NCBI GenBank assembly: GCA_040757085.1
Contig: JBFLXJ010000023.1
Location: 64,457 to 128,456 of the forward strand
Source: Bacillota bacterium
GTDB taxonomy: Bacteria > Bacillota > Sulfobacillia > JACIYH01
Direction of reading: 5' to 3'
Length of the DNA: 64,000 nucleotides
The first letter of the stretch is position 1, and every line of letters starts with the position of its first letter. Made by a program: the position numbers and the translations under genes. The notes under the pieces are model-generated. The model had not been told where the DNA came from. It did not search any database and saw only the letters and a program-made list of their open reading frames with translations. Below are positions 19,064-29,346 of the stretch, piece after piece.

Positions 19064-20251
19064 GTGGAGGCGCCCGAACGCGTCGAACTTGAGGTTTTGT
19101 CCGAAGTGCCGTTTCCCGAAACGGCCAACGGGCTGGTGCTGTCGCCGCGCGGCGAGCATGTGGTTTTCTACCGGCCGGCGCTGGGGAACGTCCCGTCCCT
19201 GGCCCGGGTCGACGGGCGTGACGTGAGGGAACTCCCTAACCAGGGGAATGCGGGACGGGCGGCCTGGTCCCCCGACGGCGACTACATCGCGTACCTCAGC
19301 ACCGACGATCACCAGCCGGGACGATGGATGGAGGTCCGCGTTTTCTCGGTCAGATCCGGCAAGGTGTTGGGCGCCATTGAACTGGAGCCCCGGGACGTGG
19401 GCCCCGCTGAAGGCGGGATCGTGCTCGACGACGCCCATCCGGCCTGGAGTCCGGACGGTAAGGATCTTTACTACCTGACGCTCGCGGGGCTGTACCGGGT
19501 AGACATGCGCGACCTGCGGCCTGGGGGCGGGTCCCGGCTTGTTCCGCAGCTGGTTACCTGTGCGGATGCGTTTCCCGGCCACATGCACTGGCTGGCGCGG
19601 GGACCGGTCGCCTGGGACGGCCAGGCGCAGCTTCTGGCCTTCTGTACATCCGACGGGGCCGCGCAGGGGCAGGTGACCTCCGGCCAGGCGGTTGCGGAGG
19701 ACGACCGGTCGCAGGGGGTCCTGGGGACCGCGGGCGACGAGTTACAACCGGCGCTGTGGGTGGTCGACAGGGAGGGCGGGGCGGTCGTCAGGGTGCCACA
19801 GCCCGGCATCGCCGCCGACGGGTCGAGGGGCCACGAGGTTCTTGGCTGGTCGCCCGACGGCAAGAAGCTGGTCTGGGTTACTGCGCAGCCGGTGTCTCTG
19901 CCCGCGGTGGCCGCACCGCAGGCGTACCGGTTGTTTGTCCTGGACCTGGAGAGCGGCCGGGTGAGCGGGTACCTGAGCGCCGGTCTGGGTGATCGACCGG
20001 TGAGGCTCCAGGGGTGCTCGCCCGACGGGAAGCAAGTGGCCCTGCTGGTGTCGCCGGGTGCGGGCGAGGGATGGGAACTGTGGTTCCTGCTCGTGTCCAC
20101 GGCGGGTGGCGAGGGGAGCGAACGTGCCGGCGCGGTTGTGCCCCGGAGGTGGGGCGGCGAGAAGCTGATGGAGGCGCATTGGCTGTCTCCCGACCGGTTA
20201 CTGGGCCTGACGGCGGACTACCGGCTTCTTGTGCTCAAGCTTGGGCAATAA
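19064..20251 (+). CDS. WD40-like beta-propeller (PD40/TolB-like) repeat protein
   Basis: Repeated AWSPDG motifs (AWSPDGDYIAYLS; PAWSPDGKDLYYLT; GWSPDGKKLVWVT; GCSPDGKQVALLVS), typical of TolB-like propellers. The N-terminus is probably the upstream signal-peptide ORF. Confidence 0.75.
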   Translation: MEAPERVELEVLSEVPFPETANGLVLSPRGEHVVFYRPALGNVPSLARVDGRDVRELPNQGNAGRAAWSPDGDYIAYLSTDDHQPGRWMEVRVFSVRSGKVLGAIELEPRDVGPAEGGIVLDDAHPAWSPDGKDLYYLTLAGLYRVDMRDLRPGGGSRLVPQLVTCADAFPGHMHWLARGPVAWDGQAQLLAFCTSDGAAQGQVTSGQAVAEDDRSQGVLGTAGDELQPALWVVDREGGAVVRVPQPGIAADGSRGHEVLGWSPDGKKLVWVTAQPVSLPAVAAPQAYRLFVLDLESGRVSGYLSAGLGDRPVRLQGCSPDGKQVALLVSPGAGEGWELWFLLVSTAGGEGSERAGAVVPRRWGGEKLMEAHWLSPDRLLGLTADYRLLVLKLGQ

Positions 20252-20289
20252 ACGGGGTTTGGCCACGGTGCGAGGGGATTGCTGGCCCT

Positions 20290-20523
20290 TGATGGCGAAT
20301 TATCCCATTAAGCACAGCGTGTCCTCTCCGGGCAGGCGTGGCGGAGAAGTGGGGCAACGGAGCGGGGGCAGCTGGCGCGCTCTATCCGTACCAACCTGGA
20401 CGAACTGACCGGCAAGTGGGGCGTGCGGGTTCCCAACGTGGAGATCCGGGACGTGAAGAGGGCGCAGGCGGGCGGGCCGGGCGCGGGGGACGGGGGTGGG
20501 GGCCCGTCTGCTGACGCACAGTG
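20290..20523 (+). pseudogene. remnant of the C-terminal region of an SPFH/band-7 (stomatin/HflC-like) protein
   Basis: Manual translation gives ...VAEKWGNGAGQLARSIRTNLDELTGKWGVRVPNVEIRDVKRAQAGG.... The ELTGKWGVRV.NVEIRDV block matches the conserved C-terminal SPFH motif (compare QmcA ...LNEATDAWGIKVTRIEIRDV). No ATG, and the roughly 200-aa N-terminal SPFH body is absent. Confidence 0.4.
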
Positions 20524-20578
20524 AACCTGCCTTCAATACCTGGGGCGGAAGTTCTCCGTCCGGCGGAGGGGATGCGCT

Positions 20579-20761
20579 GTGGAGCCGGCAGTGCGCATGT
20601 TCATTGCGCTGGGAACTGTGCTGTTGCTTTGTGGGGTGGGTCGGCTCTTCATCCGCCGCCAGCGGCCGTATCTTGCCTTCTGCATTCTGGTCCAGGCGCT
20701 GTTCATCATAAGCCTGCCCATCTTGCTGAGGTTACCCCGGTGTGGGCCCCCACCCCCCTAA
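20579..20761 (+). CDS. small hypothetical two-TM membrane protein (low confidence)
   Basis: 60-aa ORF with two hydrophobic helices (FIALGTVLLLCGVG; AFCILVQALFIISLPILL). Overlapping frames make it uncertain. Confidence 0.2.
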   Translation: MEPAVRMFIALGTVLLLCGVGRLFIRRQRPYLAFCILVQALFIISLPILLRLPRCGPPPP

Positions 20762-20822
20762 ATCTCGGGTGGGCGGCGATTATTTATAGGGAAAGCGTCC
20801 CAGGCAGAAAGGAGGGGAAGCA

Positions 20823-22703
20823 ATGAGATTCCGAATGCGCAGGTGGTTCCCCGGCAGGATGCTGGGGATGTTCCTCGTCCTGGTGCTGGCCGTCTCGGTG
20901 CTGGTGGGCACGCTTCCCGGCCGGGTGCTGGCCGGTGATGACGAACGGTTCGACGCGGGAGGCACGGTCACGGTGGCCGGCCGGCAGGGCATGCCGCCCG
21001 GACTGGCCAAGAAGCTGGCCCAGTGGCGCTTCGACGACGAGGACGAGGTCACCTGGGGTCACGAGTACATGGGCAAGATGCGGGCCAAGGGATTGATCAG
21101 GGGAGTGGGCGGCAACCGGTTCGCCCCCCGGGCTACGCTCACCTACGCAGAAGCCGTGACCATGGCCGTGCGCCTTATGGGCCTGGAAACTCAGGCCCAG
21201 GAGCGCACCACCGCCCAGCTCAGCTTCGCCAACGCCGCTCAGGTACGGGCCCAGGCCCCCTGGGCGCTGGGGTACCTGGACGTGGCGGCGCGGAACGGGC
21301 TGCTCGATCGGCTGCTTGACACCGGCCGGCAGTTCCAGGCTAACAAGCCTGCCACCCGACTTGACGTGGTGGTCCTGCTCGTGAAGGCCATGGGTCTGGA
21401 AGACGAGGCGCTGGCGAGCATGGATGCTGCCCTTAGCTTCAAGGATGCCCACCTGATCCCGGCCGACCTCGTGGGGTACGTTGCCGTGGCCCAGAGGTAT
21501 GGCATCGTGGTGGGGGACAACGAGGGCAAGTTCCACCCCAAGAAGCCCGTGACCCGCCTAGAGATGGCAGCCCTGCTTGACCGGGCGGACTTCCGGCTCC
21601 CGCCGCGCTCGCCTTACCAGGTAGAGGGCAGGCTGGTGGCTGTCAGCGAGGACGATAGCACCGTCACCCTGGAGGTGTACCAGCGCTGGTGGCCGTGGCC
21701 GCCCTGGTGGCCCATCCGTCCGCCCTGGCCTCCCATCGGGCCCATGATGCAGGGCAGCGCTGAGATGAGCCCCGAGGTCAATGTGGACGCCCAGGGTAGC
21801 GTGAACGTGGTGCCTCCTGTCGACGGCCGGGTGGTGAGCCGTCAGGAGTATAAGGTCTCGCCGGACGCCCTCATCCTGCTCGACGGCAAAACGGCGGAGC
21901 TGGGTGATCTCCCCGCGGGAGCGTGGACCCGCCTGGTCGTGAACGCCGAGAAGGTAGCCGTGGTCGTAGAAGCCCGCAGCACCTGGCGTGTGCCGCCTCC
22001 CCCGCCCGTGGTGGCTGAGGTGGAGGGCACGGTAACCGCCCTGAACACGGCGGAGAAGACCATCACGGTGCGCACCGAGGAGCAGAACGAGATCACGCTG
22101 CGCCTGGCCGACCAGGTGAGGGTGCGTTACCGCGGTAAGGACGTGGGTCTGGAAGAGATCAAGGTGGGCGACAAGGTCCACCTGCGCCTGGAACACCACG
22201 TGGTGGCGCGTATCACCATCCAGGAGCGTGAGGAAAGCGAGGAACTGCAGGAGTTCGAGGGCACCATCTCGGCCATCACCACCTCCAGCGATGGGACCGT
22301 CACGCTGACCGTGTACGGGGATGATGACGACACCCTGGTGGCCCGGGTGGCGGCGAACGCGGTGATCACTTACGAAGGTGAGCCGTTGCCGGTGGAGGAG
22401 CTGCAGGTGGGCGACCGGGTCGAGCTGCGGCTGCAGGACGGCGTGGTCGTGGAGATCCAGGTCGAGGAGCGACCGGAGGCGACCCTCACCGCCCTGGTAG
22501 AATCGATCACATATGCCGACAACCGCTGGACGATCACCCTGAAGGATACGGCCGGGAACACCTTCACCTACCGCCTGTCGACCCGCGTCCAGGTGCGGCT
22601 GAACGGGCAATTGGTGGACGTCACTTCCCTGAGAGAGGGTGACCAGGTACAGGTGGCGGTAGCCGCCGGCCTGGTGTACAGCATCGACATCCTGTCACGG
22701 TAA
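20823..22703 (+). CDS. SLH-domain surface protein with W/P-rich linker and repeated beta-hairpin modules
   Basis: Signal peptide MFLVLVLAVSVLVGTLPGRVLA. Three SLH repeats (WGHEYMGKMRAKGLIRG...; WALGYLDVAARNGLLD; FKDAHLIPADLVGYVAVAQRYGIVVG). Motif YQRWWPWPPWWPIRPPWPPIGP. At least four repeats of the type VRVRYRGKDVGLEEIKVGDKVHLRL / VITYEGEPLPVEELQVGDRVELRLQDGVVVEIQV / VQVRLNGQLVDVTSLREGDQVQVAV. Confidence 0.85.
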   Translation: MRFRMRRWFPGRMLGMFLVLVLAVSVLVGTLPGRVLAGDDERFDAGGTVTVAGRQGMPPGLAKKLAQWRFDDEDEVTWGHEYMGKMRAKGLIRGVGGNRFAPRATLTYAEAVTMAVRLMGLETQAQERTTAQLSFANAAQVRAQAPWALGYLDVAARNGLLDRLLDTGRQFQANKPATRLDVVVLLVKAMGLEDEALASMDAALSFKDAHLIPADLVGYVAVAQRYGIVVGDNEGKFHPKKPVTRLEMAALLDRADFRLPPRSPYQVEGRLVAVSEDDSTVTLEVYQRWWPWPPWWPIRPPWPPIGPMMQGSAEMSPEVNVDAQGSVNVVPPVDGRVVSRQEYKVSPDALILLDGKTAELGDLPAGAWTRLVVNAEKVAVVVEARSTWRVPPPPPVVAEVEGTVTALNTAEKTITVRTEEQNEITLRLADQVRVRYRGKDVGLEEIKVGDKVHLRLEHHVVARITIQEREESEELQEFEGTISAITTSSDGTVTLTVYGDDDDTLVARVAANAVITYEGEPLPVEELQVGDRVELRLQDGVVVEIQVEERPEATLTALVESITYADNRWTITLKDTAGNTFTYRLSTRVQVRLNGQLVDVTSLREGDQVQVAVAAGLVYSIDILSR

Positions 22704-22770
22704 CAGCGGCTGCCAGCCCACCGGTCTCAAAAAGCCCGCTCCCGCCGGGTGGAAAGTGGCAGTCGCAAAT

Positions 22771-22810
22771 GAGCGCCTGGCCTCCAGGGCAGGCGCTCTT
22801 GCTATTGTCT
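22771..22810 (+). terminator. putative rho-independent terminator after the SLH gene
   Basis: GAGCGCCTG-(loop GCCTCCAGGG)-CAGGCGCTC, a perfect 9-bp stem, followed by TTGCTATTGTCT. Confidence 0.45.
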
Positions 22811-22988
22811 CGCAAGCGTTCCTGGCGGAGGGGACAGTCGTGCCCGGAGCGGAACTGTGATTGACTGTAGCAGCGTGCCGGCAAGGCTGTGTGGATGCGC
22901 GAGCAGGTTTGTCTCCGTCTGGTGCCGAAGTGATACGGGCCCGGTCCTTGATCCATGGTGCCAGGGGCCGGCGGTGGAGGGTTCTCGG

Positions 22989-25900
22989 ATGCGTGGCCAG
23001 GTGCGCAGGGGAATCTCCCTGTTTGTGGTAGTACTGCTCATCGCTGGTGTGGTATATGCGGCCGCCCCGGGACAGGTCGCGCGGGCCGAACCGACAGGCA
23101 GTGGCAGGCCCGCCCGGCTCACCCAGGCGGTCGGGAGCGGTGAGACCTCCTGGCCTGCGTCCGCGCCGGTATTTGCGGATCTGGCCGGGCACTGGGCGGA
23201 ACGGGATGTGACCTTGCTCTGGGCGCTGGGGGCGGTGGAAGCTGGGGCCGGGGGGCTTTTTCATCCCGACGTGCCCATAACCAGGGCGGAGTTCACCCGC
23301 ATGCTGGTGCTCGCGCTGGGGGAGGCACCCCTGACGGAAAGGCTTCCGGTACCGTTCCTGGACGTGGAACCGGAGCGGCCCGACGCTGTGTACATATCGC
23401 ATGCGGCCGAACTCGGGCTGGTCAAGGGGTACGGGGACGGCACCTTCCGCCCCGACGTGCCCATCACCAGGGCGGAGATGGCAGCCATCCTGGTGCGGGG
23501 GCTGGGAGACCGTCAGCCTGGCCGCGTGGGCAGCACAGGCTCAGGCGGTACGGGCCTGGCCCCCGCGGCGGGCGCGGGTGCGGGTGGGACCGGCGGAGCC
23601 GGGCTGCCCGATTTCCGGGATGCGGCTACCATTCCCTGGTGGGCGACGGCGTATGTGGCGGAGGGGGTGCGTCGGGGCCTGGTCGAGGGGTACGAAGACC
23701 AAACGTTCCGGCCGGCTGCCTTGACCTCGCGGGCCGAGGCGGCGGCCTTCATCGTGCGCACCCTGCACGCGCGGGCTACCGCCTTTGACTTCTTCGGGGT
23801 GCTGGCGCGGTCGGAAGCAGGGGCCCTGGACGTGAGCCTCGCAGGCGCAGGGGGGCTGGATAAAGGGGCGGTGAGACTGCGGCTGGCGCCGGGGGTGCAG
23901 GTTTTCCGCAACGGGGCCAGGGTCGGTCTGGCTTCTCTTCTTCCCGGTGACGAGGTGGGACTGATCCTGGATGAGCGAGGTCTGGTGTCGTTCGTCGATG
24001 CCCATCTGGTGACGGTGTGGGGGACGCTGCAGGCGGTGCGGCGTGCCGGAGAGGCGTATTTCCTTTCCCTGCACGGGGAGGGGGTACCCCTTCCGGTTTT
24101 GCCCGGCGCGCCCGTGTTCCGAAACGGCAGGGCCGCCGCCATGGGCGAGCTCCAGCCCGGCGACCAGGTGTACGCCCTGCGCCAGTGGACCTCCGGCTGG
24201 GTGCGGGCGTTGCTGGCGGTCAGGATTGACCTGTCTGGAGAACTGACCGCCCGGGAGGAGACAGCCGTAGTGGTGATACCCCGCCAGGCGCAGCCCCCGC
24301 CCGGCGAATCGGGAGTGGGGGAGCCCCGGCGGGTGGAAGTCTTCCCCCGGGCTGCGATCTTCCTGGATGGCAGGATCGCCAGCCTGGACGACCTGCGGCC
24401 GGGGGACGAGGTGGGGCTGGCCCGTGACGGGAAGGGCCGGGTGGTGTACCTGGAGGCGTGGCGAAACGTCCGCGATGAGTTCAAGGCGTCGCGGAGTGGC
24501 GGGCCGCCGGGCACGGTTACGGAGGTGGCGCAGGCCGACCGGACAGCGGTGCGTGCGGTGAAAGTGGCGCAGTCTGGCCGGGCAGAACCGGCCACGGTCG
24601 GAGTGCCGCGGTTGGGCCGGCCGGTGGGGCCGATGGCGGACGGGAAAGAAGAGGCCCGCGTGAGTCTGGATCTCACTGCGAAGGGGCAGGAAGCCATCCG
24701 GCTGGGAGAGTTCCTGGCGCAGTTCCCGGCCGGGCAGCGGCCGGATGGAAGGGGTATCACCATCGCCATCATCGACACGGGCATAGACCCGGCCCACCCC
24801 GACCTGCAGTCCTGTCCGGACGGGGCGCCCAAGCTGGTGGACTGGGTCGACTTTTCCGGGGAAGGACGGGTCGAGATTGCCGACGAGGCCCGGGGGACTG
24901 GCGATCGCCTGACCACGCCCCTGGGGGTATTTCGCCTGGGTGCCGTCCGTTCGGTGGGGGGTGTTTACCGCTGGGGATTTTTCCGCGAGGGCGGACTCGA
25001 GGCCGATGCGCCCCACGAGCAGGACCTCAACCGCAACGGCAACGGCGGGGACGTTTTCCCCGTCTTTGCCCTGGATACGGTGGTGGCGGGGCAGTACGAC
25101 ACGGTGGTGGTGGACACCGACCGGGATCAGGACCTGGGGGATGAGGTGCCCCTGGTTCCCCTGCGGGTGACCGCGTCGCGCGGCGAGTTGCCCCGGGTGG
25201 CCTGGTTCGGCCCCAGAGACCGGGGGGTCCCGTTCGTGCTGGCGGATCTGGACCCGGGTGGGCGCTGGGTTAGCCTGGGGTTCGACGGGCACGGTCACGG
25301 GACGCATGTGGCGGGCACGGCTGCCGCCTGGAATCCAGGGGGGCTCAAGGGGGCGGCGCCGGGTGCCCGGCTGATGGCGTTGAAGGCGCTCAGGTCGTCG
25401 GGAGACGGGTCCTGGAGCACCATCGCGCAGGCGATGGTATATGCCGCGGAGCACGGCGCTCAGGTGGTCGGCATCAGCGCCGGGGGCAAGGGGGACTCCA
25501 GTTGGGAAGGCTCCCCCGAGTCCGAGCTGATGGCCCAGTTGGCCGACCGCTATGGCGTAACCTTCGTGGTGGCGGCGGGCAACGACGGCCCCGGACTGGG
25601 TACGTCCAGCCCGCCCGGCGATGGTCGCACCACCCTCATCACGGGCGCATACATGTCCCCCGCCATGTGGGAGAAAGAGTTCGGTTACCGGGTTCCCGAG
25701 GAGGGCCTGTGGGACTTCAGCGGGGTGGGGCCGCGCGTGGATGGCACCCTGGCCCCCGAGGTGGTGGCGCCCGGGAGCGCCACCTCCTGCGTGCCGCGCT
25801 GGCTGGTACCGGGGGGATACCAGCCCATGGACGGGACCAGCGTGGCGGTGCCGTACCTGGCCGGGATGCTGGCCCTGTTGCGGCAGGCAGCCGACGCCGC

Positions 25901-27782
25901 CGGCTACCAGGTGGATGCCGCCGGCTGGCGGCAGGCCGTTATGGCGGGGGCGCGGCCCCTGCCCAGGTACACCCTGGTGGAGCAGGGGTACGGGCTGGTG
26001 GACGCCGTGGGCACCTGGCGTGAGTTGCAACGCCTGGCGGGGCCGGGATCGCCTGCTGTGCGGGTTTCCGCCTACCTGGATCCGGGGGTGTGCTTGCGGC
26101 CCGACGTCCCCGGGTACGCCGAGGTGGAGAGCGGGGTGTACGCGCGGCAGATGCGGCCCGGGCGGGTGGAGGCCACCGCCGTCAACGAGGGCGAGCATGC
26201 CGTCGCCCTTGATCTGGTGAGCGACGCCGACTGGGTGTGGCCGACCCGGCAGCGCCTGTTCCTGCACCCCCTCGAGGGCCGTAGCTTCGGTGTGGAATAC
26301 CGCATCCCCGGTAGCCCCGGTCTGTATACGGCCCAGCTGCGCGGTCGGGACGGCTCCCGGGACCGCTTCGCGTTCCTCTCCACGCTGGTGGTGCCGGAGT
26401 ACCTGGGCCTGGACGAAGAAGGCAATCCGGCTCCTTTGCGCCGCTACCAGTCTGGGTCACTGGCGCCGGCCAGGTGGCAGCGCTACTTCTTTCGCATACC
26501 CGCCGGTGCTGCTTCCCTGCGCCTGACGGTGGCCGTTCCGCGCGGGGATTGGGGATACCGGGGGCGGGTGCGCCTCCACGTCTACCGGCCTGACGGCGGC
26601 CGCCAGGCGGTGACCGGCTACGTGGGTGCCGGTGCTTCGGGAGCTCAGGCCCGGATAGAGGTGCCATTCCCCCAGCCTGGGGTGTGGGAGGTAGTGGTTC
26701 AGAGTGCGCCCTCGCTATCGTACTACGGTCTGGACCGCAGCCTGTACTCCCTGGAGGTTGACCTGCAGGCGGTGCTGGTAACCCCCGCGGAATTGCGGGT
26801 CTGGGTACCGCCCGGACCCGAGACCGAGGTGAGGGTGCCCGTACAGGCCGTGAACGAGTACGACTTTTTCACTGGATGCCTGCGCGGGATGGGACTGGCG
26901 CGGGCCGGGGCGGCTACCGAGGAGAGGCAGACCACCACCCTCACTGCCACCCGCAGTGAGCCGGCGGTATTTCAGTTACCGATCGTCCCCGATGACGCCG
27001 TGGAGATGTGGTTGCAGTTGTGCGACGTGGTGCCCTCCGGTGCGGATCTTAACCTGTACCTCTACCGTCGGAATCCTGCTTCGGGAGAATGGGAAGAGAT
27101 GGCGCGGTCCACGTGGCCCGGGCTGGGTGAGGAACGCATCACGCTGTCCTTCCCCCCTCCGGGGGAGTATGTAGCCTACGTGGAAGTGGAGGGAACAGCT
27201 GACCCGGTCAATGCCCGGCTCTGTTACGGGTTTCTCACCGATCAGGGACAGGTTACGGTAGAAGACGAGCCCGCCGGGCGAGAGCTGGGCCGGCAATGGT
27301 CGGCCACGCTCGTGCTGCGAGTTCCCGCCCAGGAGGGGTTCTACGCTGGCCGGCTGGTGGTGTACGACACCGTGGCCGGGCGCAGCCTGGGTGGCGTTCC
27401 CGTGATCGTCCAGCGGGGTTACCCCCAGGTCATTGCGCAGGTTGTACCCGGCCTCATCCCGAGCACGGGCGGCAGGGTGGCCCTGCACGTTCGCGAAGCG
27501 GCGGAGATGGGTAAGGTAGAACTCAGGGCCCTGGTGAACGGCCGCGTATACCAGGTGACGGACGGGGAGGTGCTGGTGCCCGTCTTTCCGGAAGGCGAGA
27601 TGGTGCCGCTGGACATAAGGCTGGAGAGTTGCTCCTACGCCCTCTGGGAGGGACGCACCGTAATCCCCGTGGCGGCACCCGGCTACCGCATGACTGCAGA
27701 GCCTTCCCGGGGTGGCGTCCTGTGGGACCGCCACCACCTTATCTTGCAGGAACTGCTTAGCGGAGGGAGCGAAGGCGAATGA
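22989..27782 (+). CDS. SLH-anchored subtilisin-like serine protease (S8 family), 1598 aa
   Basis: ATG 22989 preceded by GGAGGG. Signal peptide [25 protein letters not shown]. Three SLH repeats. S8 catalytic triad contexts [11 protein letters not shown] (Asp), [13 protein letters not shown] (His), [16 protein letters not shown] (Ser). Long C-terminal beta-rich region. Confidence 0.9.
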   Translation: MRGQVRRGISLFVVVLLIAGVVYAAAPGQVARAEPTGSGRPARLTQAVGSGETSWPASAPVFADLAGHWAERDVTLLWALGAVEAGAGGLFHPDVPITRAEFTRMLVLALGEAPLTERLPVPFLDVEPERPDAVYISHAAELGLVKGYGDGTFRPDVPITRAEMAAILVRGLGDRQPGRVGSTGSGGTGLAPAAGAGAGGTGGAGLPDFRDAATIPWWATAYVAEGVRRGLVEGYEDQTFRPAALTSRAEAAAFIVRTLHARATAFDFFGVLARSEAGALDVSLAGAGGLDKGAVRLRLAPGVQVFRNGARVGLASLLPGDEVGLILDERGLVSFVDAHLVTVWGTLQAVRRAGEAYFLSLHGEGVPLPVLPGAPVFRNGRAAAMGELQPGDQVYALRQWTSGWVRALLAVRIDLSGELTAREETAVVVIPRQAQPPPGESGVGEPRRVEVFPRAAIFLDGRIASLDDLRPGDEVGLARDGKGRVVYLEAWRNVRDEFKASRSGGPPGTVTEVAQADRTAVRAVKVAQSGRAEPATVGVPRLGRPVGPMADGKEEARVSLDLTAKGQEAIRLGEFLAQFPAGQRPDGRGITIAIIDTGIDPAHPDLQSCPDGAPKLVDWVDFSGEGRVEIADEARGTGDRLTTPLGVFRLGAVRSVGGVYRWGFFREGGLEADAPHEQDLNRNGNGGDVFPVFALDTVVAGQYDTVVVDTDRDQDLGDEVPLVPLRVTASRGELPRVAWFGPRDRGVPFVLADLDPGGRWVSLGFDGHGHGTHVAGTAAAWNPGGLKGAAPGARLMALKALRSSGDGSWSTIAQAMVYAAEHGAQVVGISAGGKGDSSWEGSPESELMAQLADRYGVTFVVAAGNDGPGLGTSSPPGDGRTTLITGAYMSPAMWEKEFGYRVPEEGLWDFSGVGPRVDGTLAPEVVAPGSATSCVPRWLVPGGYQPMDGTSVAVPYLAGMLALLRQAADAAGYQVDAAGWRQAVMAGARPLPRYTLVEQGYGLVDAVGTWRELQRLAGPGSPAVRVSAYLDPGVCLRPDVPGYAEVESGVYARQMRPGRVEATAVNEGEHAVALDLVSDADWVWPTRQRLFLHPLEGRSFGVEYRIPGSPGLYTAQLRGRDGSRDRFAFLSTLVVPEYLGLDEEGNPAPLRRYQSGSLAPARWQRYFFRIPAGAASLRLTVAVPRGDWGYRGRVRLHVYRPDGGRQAVTGYVGAGASGAQARIEVPFPQPGVWEVVVQSAPSLSYYGLDRSLYSLEVDLQAVLVTPAELRVWVPPGPETEVRVPVQAVNEYDFFTGCLRGMGLARAGAATEERQTTTLTATRSEPAVFQLPIVPDDAVEMWLQLCDVVPSGADLNLYLYRRNPASGEWEEMARSTWPGLGEERITLSFPPPGEYVAYVEVEGTADPVNARLCYGFLTDQGQVTVEDEPAGRELGRQWSATLVLRVPAQEGFYAGRLVVYDTVAGRSLGGVPVIVQRGYPQVIAQVVPGLIPSTGGRVALHVREAAEMGKVELRALVNGRVYQVTDGEVLVPVFPEGEMVPLDIRLESCSYALWEGRTVIPVAAPGYRMTAEPSRGGVLWDRHHLILQELLSGGSEGE

Positions 27783-28441
27783 GACTGTTCCTGGACACGG
27801 CAGACGTGGATGAAATCAGGAAGGGCGTGGAACTGGGGGTCGTTTCGGGGGTCACCACCAACCCTACTCTGGTGGCACGGGTGAAGCGGCCCCTGCCGGA
27901 GGTGGTGAAGGAGATATGCGCCCTGGTCCCCGGCCCCGTATCCGCCGAGGTCCTGGCCCGGGACACCCGGGGCATGGTGGAGGAGGCCCGGCACCTGGCA
28001 TCCCTGGCTGCCAACGTGGTGGTCAAGATCCCCATAACCGAAGACGGGTTGCGGGCGGTGAAGATCCTGTCCGGAGAGGGCATCGCCACCAACGTTACCC
28101 TGGTATTCTCGCCCAACCAGGCCCTGCTGGCCGCCCTGGCCGGTGCCACCTACGTGAGCCCCTTCGTGGGAAGGCTCGATGACGTGGGCGCCGACGGGAT
28201 GGACGTGGTCCGCACCACCGTTGCCATATTCCGGCAGTACGGTTTTCCCACGCAGGTGATCGCCGCCAGCATCCGGCATCCCATGCACGTGGTGGCAGCG
28301 GCCCAGGCGGGGGCTCCCATCGCCACCGTCCCCTATGCCGTCCTGATGCAAATGCTGCGCCACCCCCTGACCGACGTGGGCATTGAGCGTTTCCTGGCCG
28401 ACTGGGCCAGGGCCCAGGCCGCGCTCGCCCCCTCCTGCTGA
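27779..28441 (+). CDS. tal: transaldolase / fructose-6-phosphate aldolase (short TalC/Fsa type)
   Basis: [34 protein letters not shown]...[31 protein letters not shown] is the classical short transaldolase signature. 220 aa. Confidence 0.9.
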   Translation: MRLFLDTADVDEIRKGVELGVVSGVTTNPTLVARVKRPLPEVVKEICALVPGPVSAEVLARDTRGMVEEARHLASLAANVVVKIPITEDGLRAVKILSGEGIATNVTLVFSPNQALLAALAGATYVSPFVGRLDDVGADGMDVVRTTVAIFRQYGFPTQVIAASIRHPMHVVAAAQAGAPIATVPYAVLMQMLRHPLTDVGIERFLADWARAQAALAPSC

Positions 28442-28513
28442 CGGTGCCCCCGCGGCACTGGAGAAGCGTTGACGGCGTCGGGAGTGGGATGGTAACATCG
28501 TGAACAGAGAGAC

Positions 28514-29299
28514 ATGAGGAGAGGTACCGTGGAGCACAGCGGAGGCGGATCGCTTACCGCGCGACAGGCAGAGTTTCTCGAGGTCGTACACGATCTCTCC
28601 CGCCACGGGGAGGGGGTTCACTACAGCGAGGTGGCAGCCCGTCTCGGGGTCAGCCGCTGGACGGCGTACGACATTCTTTCTTCCCTGGCCCAGAAGGGGT
28701 TTCTGCGGGTGGAGAGGGAGCAGCGTCCCGAACCTTCGCTGGTGGGCAGGTGCCGGGTGTTGTTCAGGCCCGTGTCCGGCTCGGCCGGTACGGGTGCTGC
28801 CGGGAGGGGTGACCGGGTGGACGAGCCCGCACCATCGGACGATGGAGCCGAAATAGGGGAGTGGTGGGAGGAGCGCCTGCACCGCTTGCAGCGGGACATC
28901 CGGGAGAGGGGCGTCTGGACCGTGCTGCAGGAGGTGGTGGGCGAACTCGCCCGGGCCAGGAAGCCCGCCATGTTCTGCGCTGTGCTCACCCTGGCGTTGT
29001 TGCTGGCCCTGCGGGCGGTGGTGCGAGGGGTAGAAGCGTCCAGTGCCCTGAGTTCCCTCCTTGCCTGGCTCATGGGAGCCGATGCCGGGCTCACTGTCTT
29101 TGCGGGGGCGCTGGCGGGGTTGCTCCTGCAGCATGGTTTGCCCCGCGATCTGCATAGACAGTTAGTAGACAGGTTGCCTGTGTTTGAGCAGGAGGTGAGC
29201 TCCCTGGGGCAGCAGGGGAAAGAAAACCTGCGTCACTTCACCCTGACTGCTATCCGGGAGGTCTGGGGTCAGGATTTCTCTGGTGAGTTATCGGCATAG
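28514..29299 (+). CDS. hypothetical protein: N-terminal winged-helix (MarR/PadR-like) domain + C-terminal hydrophobic helices
   Basis: LTARQAEFLEVVHDLSRHGEGVHYSEVAARLGVSRWTAYDILSSLAQKGFLRVERE looks like a wHTH. Gly/Ala linker. Hydrophobic helices AMFCAVLTLALLLALRAVV / GLTVFAGALAGLLL. Confidence 0.55.
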   Translation: MRRGTVEHSGGGSLTARQAEFLEVVHDLSRHGEGVHYSEVAARLGVSRWTAYDILSSLAQKGFLRVEREQRPEPSLVGRCRVLFRPVSGSAGTGAAGRGDRVDEPAPSDDGAEIGEWWEERLHRLQRDIRERGVWTVLQEVVGELARARKPAMFCAVLTLALLLALRAVVRGVEASSALSSLLAWLMGADAGLTVFAGALAGLLLQHGLPRDLHRQLVDRLPVFEQEVSSLGQQGKENLRHFTLTAIREVWGQDFSGELSA

Positions 29300-29346
29300 G
29301 TTATTTTTTTCCAGCGTTTTTGGGTTTCTTGTGATAACGGGGTTTC

